A stretch of DNA of 63,959 nucleotides, filler included, from Bonamia ostreae (lineage: Eukaryota): NCBI GenBank assembly GCA_040357525.1. It is 38 parts of 38 records of this genome, joined end to end, with 100 filler letters (N's around TTAATTAATTAA, not from the genome) between each part and the next. Parts side by side here need not be neighbours in the genome. Positions count along the whole stretch, not along the records: positions 62,387 to 63,959 come from JBDODL010001608.1; 37 more parts are not named here. The stretch is one strand, 5' to 3'. Shown piece by piece: positions 62,287 to 63,959 of the stretch (positions are counted from its first letter, which is position 1; every line of letters begins with the position of its first letter). The notes below the pieces were generated by a model. That model saw nothing but the letters and a program-made list of their open reading frames with translations. It searched no databases and had not been told where the DNA came from. The position numbers and the translations under genes were made by a program.

Positions 62287-63959
62287 NNNNNNNNNNNNNN
62301 NNNNNNNNNNNNNNNNNNNNNNNNNNNNNNTTAATTAATTAANNNNNNNNNNNNNNNNNNNNNNNNNNNNNNNNNNNNNNNNNNNNGAGGTGTGACAATG
62401 ATTCTTTGCATATACATGGTTGCAGATAGGAAAATAAGACACCTGGTCAGTTGCTAAAGATATTATTTGATAAGTATTTCAAACACAACATAAAGCATGG
62501 AGGAAAGGGGAATAAAATGGTCCGGCAAAGAAATTACCTTGCAACCGGTCCTTTCTTTTTAAGAAACGTGTTTAACTATGTCCAGTTTATTCTAGTTTCT
62601 TAAATTTTAAATTACAACTAATGATTTATCATAATTTGTCTTTGAAATACAGTTTAAAAAACCGGCAAATCGTACTCGCTCATGGAATCAGTTGAAGTGT
62701 TAATTGATTGCGCGCCATTATTTGAAGCAGACGAGAGATAAAGGACAGAGATGATGAGCTGTCGTGCAATAAAGTTGGAATTCAACTTGGAAGTAATAAA
62801 AAGTACATATGTACCTCGATTTTCAATGAATTCATTTTCTGAATTAATTGACGGTAAGGTAAGTGTTTTTGAAAATGGGTAGATAAACAATCGTCGATCT
62901 GTCTCTTCTATCATAGCTTCTGTAACCAGGCATATATTATAAGTTTTTTGATGTTTGGGGTGACATTGCATGTATATATTAAATTCTAATGTACTAGCCA
63001 GGTCATTGGAGCAATGAATCCTCAACATGTCAAGTTAAGAAGAGAGTGGTACCAAACTTGACGAAGAAGCCAGGTAATCAGTTAATTAGTAAATTATAGA
63101 CACTTCGCGGCGAGTTAAGTCCCTTTGCAGAGTCAGACAATGGCCAATCAGTGTAAATCTCTTAGACTACCATACCAATTAATTGATGAAAAAGAGTATT
63201 CCTGTCTGATTTAACTAAAAATTCAATAAGTTATGGGTTCCCAGGGACCCATCTATGAACATTTTTAAAAATGATCTGAAAATTATAAAAGCTAACATTT
63301 TTTATCCATAGGATGGCAGCCATCGGATGTAACTTGTTCGAAGTGTTGATATGCATATATATGTATGTTACGATATGTGACAGTGAAGATGTTTTAGTGT
63401 TCCTGTGATATGTTAAGATATTATAAAATTTTGTGAATCAAATTATTTCTATAATTATAGTCTCTATGATACATGTGGTATATATCCAACCATAAATAAA
63501 ATAATGAATTAATTCCTTAATTCGTCTATTTATTTAACGCGGGATATGTAACACACATGATTCGCCAAATTATACAACGCGGGAAATATCACGCCAGCGA
63601 CCTAACCAGTGCACTGCGACCTCATATTTAGGTTTACTGTTCTTTTTAAATTATAAACAACCACGTATCCTGTGTTTTTTTTAAAACACCGCTGAAAATA
63701 AACAAATATAACACCGCTGAAAATAAAGAAATATAACCAGCAAATTAAACTTAGTTAAAAGCTAAGCGTATATTTATCGTATGTTTGTTTGGTTTGTTAG
63801 TTTTTTTTTATTGTTATTGTATATAAACTTATAAATCCATTCTTCTATTTAGTCGTAGTACTGTTTTTCTATTTAGCAATTTCTAAAAACTGTTAAGATA
63901 ATTATCATACCATTCATTTTGAAAAAATTCGGTGTTTTAATTACGAATTGTACTCTAGA

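Noticed and set aside
1604-62386. Regularly spaced TTAATTAATTAA palindromes, and ORFs ending in X..LIN
   Set aside because: Synthetic six-frame-stop linker inside N runs; not biological, and adjacency across it carries no information.

Overview
This is not one locus. It is 38 unrelated, size-sorted contigs of about 1.57-1.60 kb joined by an artificial 100-bp linker (N44-TTAATTAATTAA-N44), so gene neighbourhood across linkers means nothing. About two thirds of the contigs come from a gene-dense, AT-rich microbial eukaryote. Its rDNA fragment resembles, from recall only, a haplosporidian (Bonamia-like) parasite. Recognisable genes include a CHD remodeller, SF3B6/p14, PIG-T, SLX4, CacyBP, a USP, SLBP, Tul1, a formin, Rpt1, MsrA, two kinesins, mitochondrial S8, RECQL4, REV3, ERG4-like, ZC3H15 and SAMHD1-like. 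About ten gene-poor contigs look like metazoan (probably bivalve host) DNA, one looks like a bacteriophage structural operon, and one is a LINE ORF2 3' end. The strongest signal is the splicing system: many introns of only 19-26 nt, inferred from restored conserved motifs, nearly all with a GTT rather than GTR donor, alongside longer introns filled with AT-rich minisatellites. Other points of interest are a decayed rDNA pseudogene, a tRNA-Gly with a mismatched acceptor stem, an anticodon-less tRNA-like element, and secreted Sushi/CCP-like proteins. All calls are by eye; no database searches were run.
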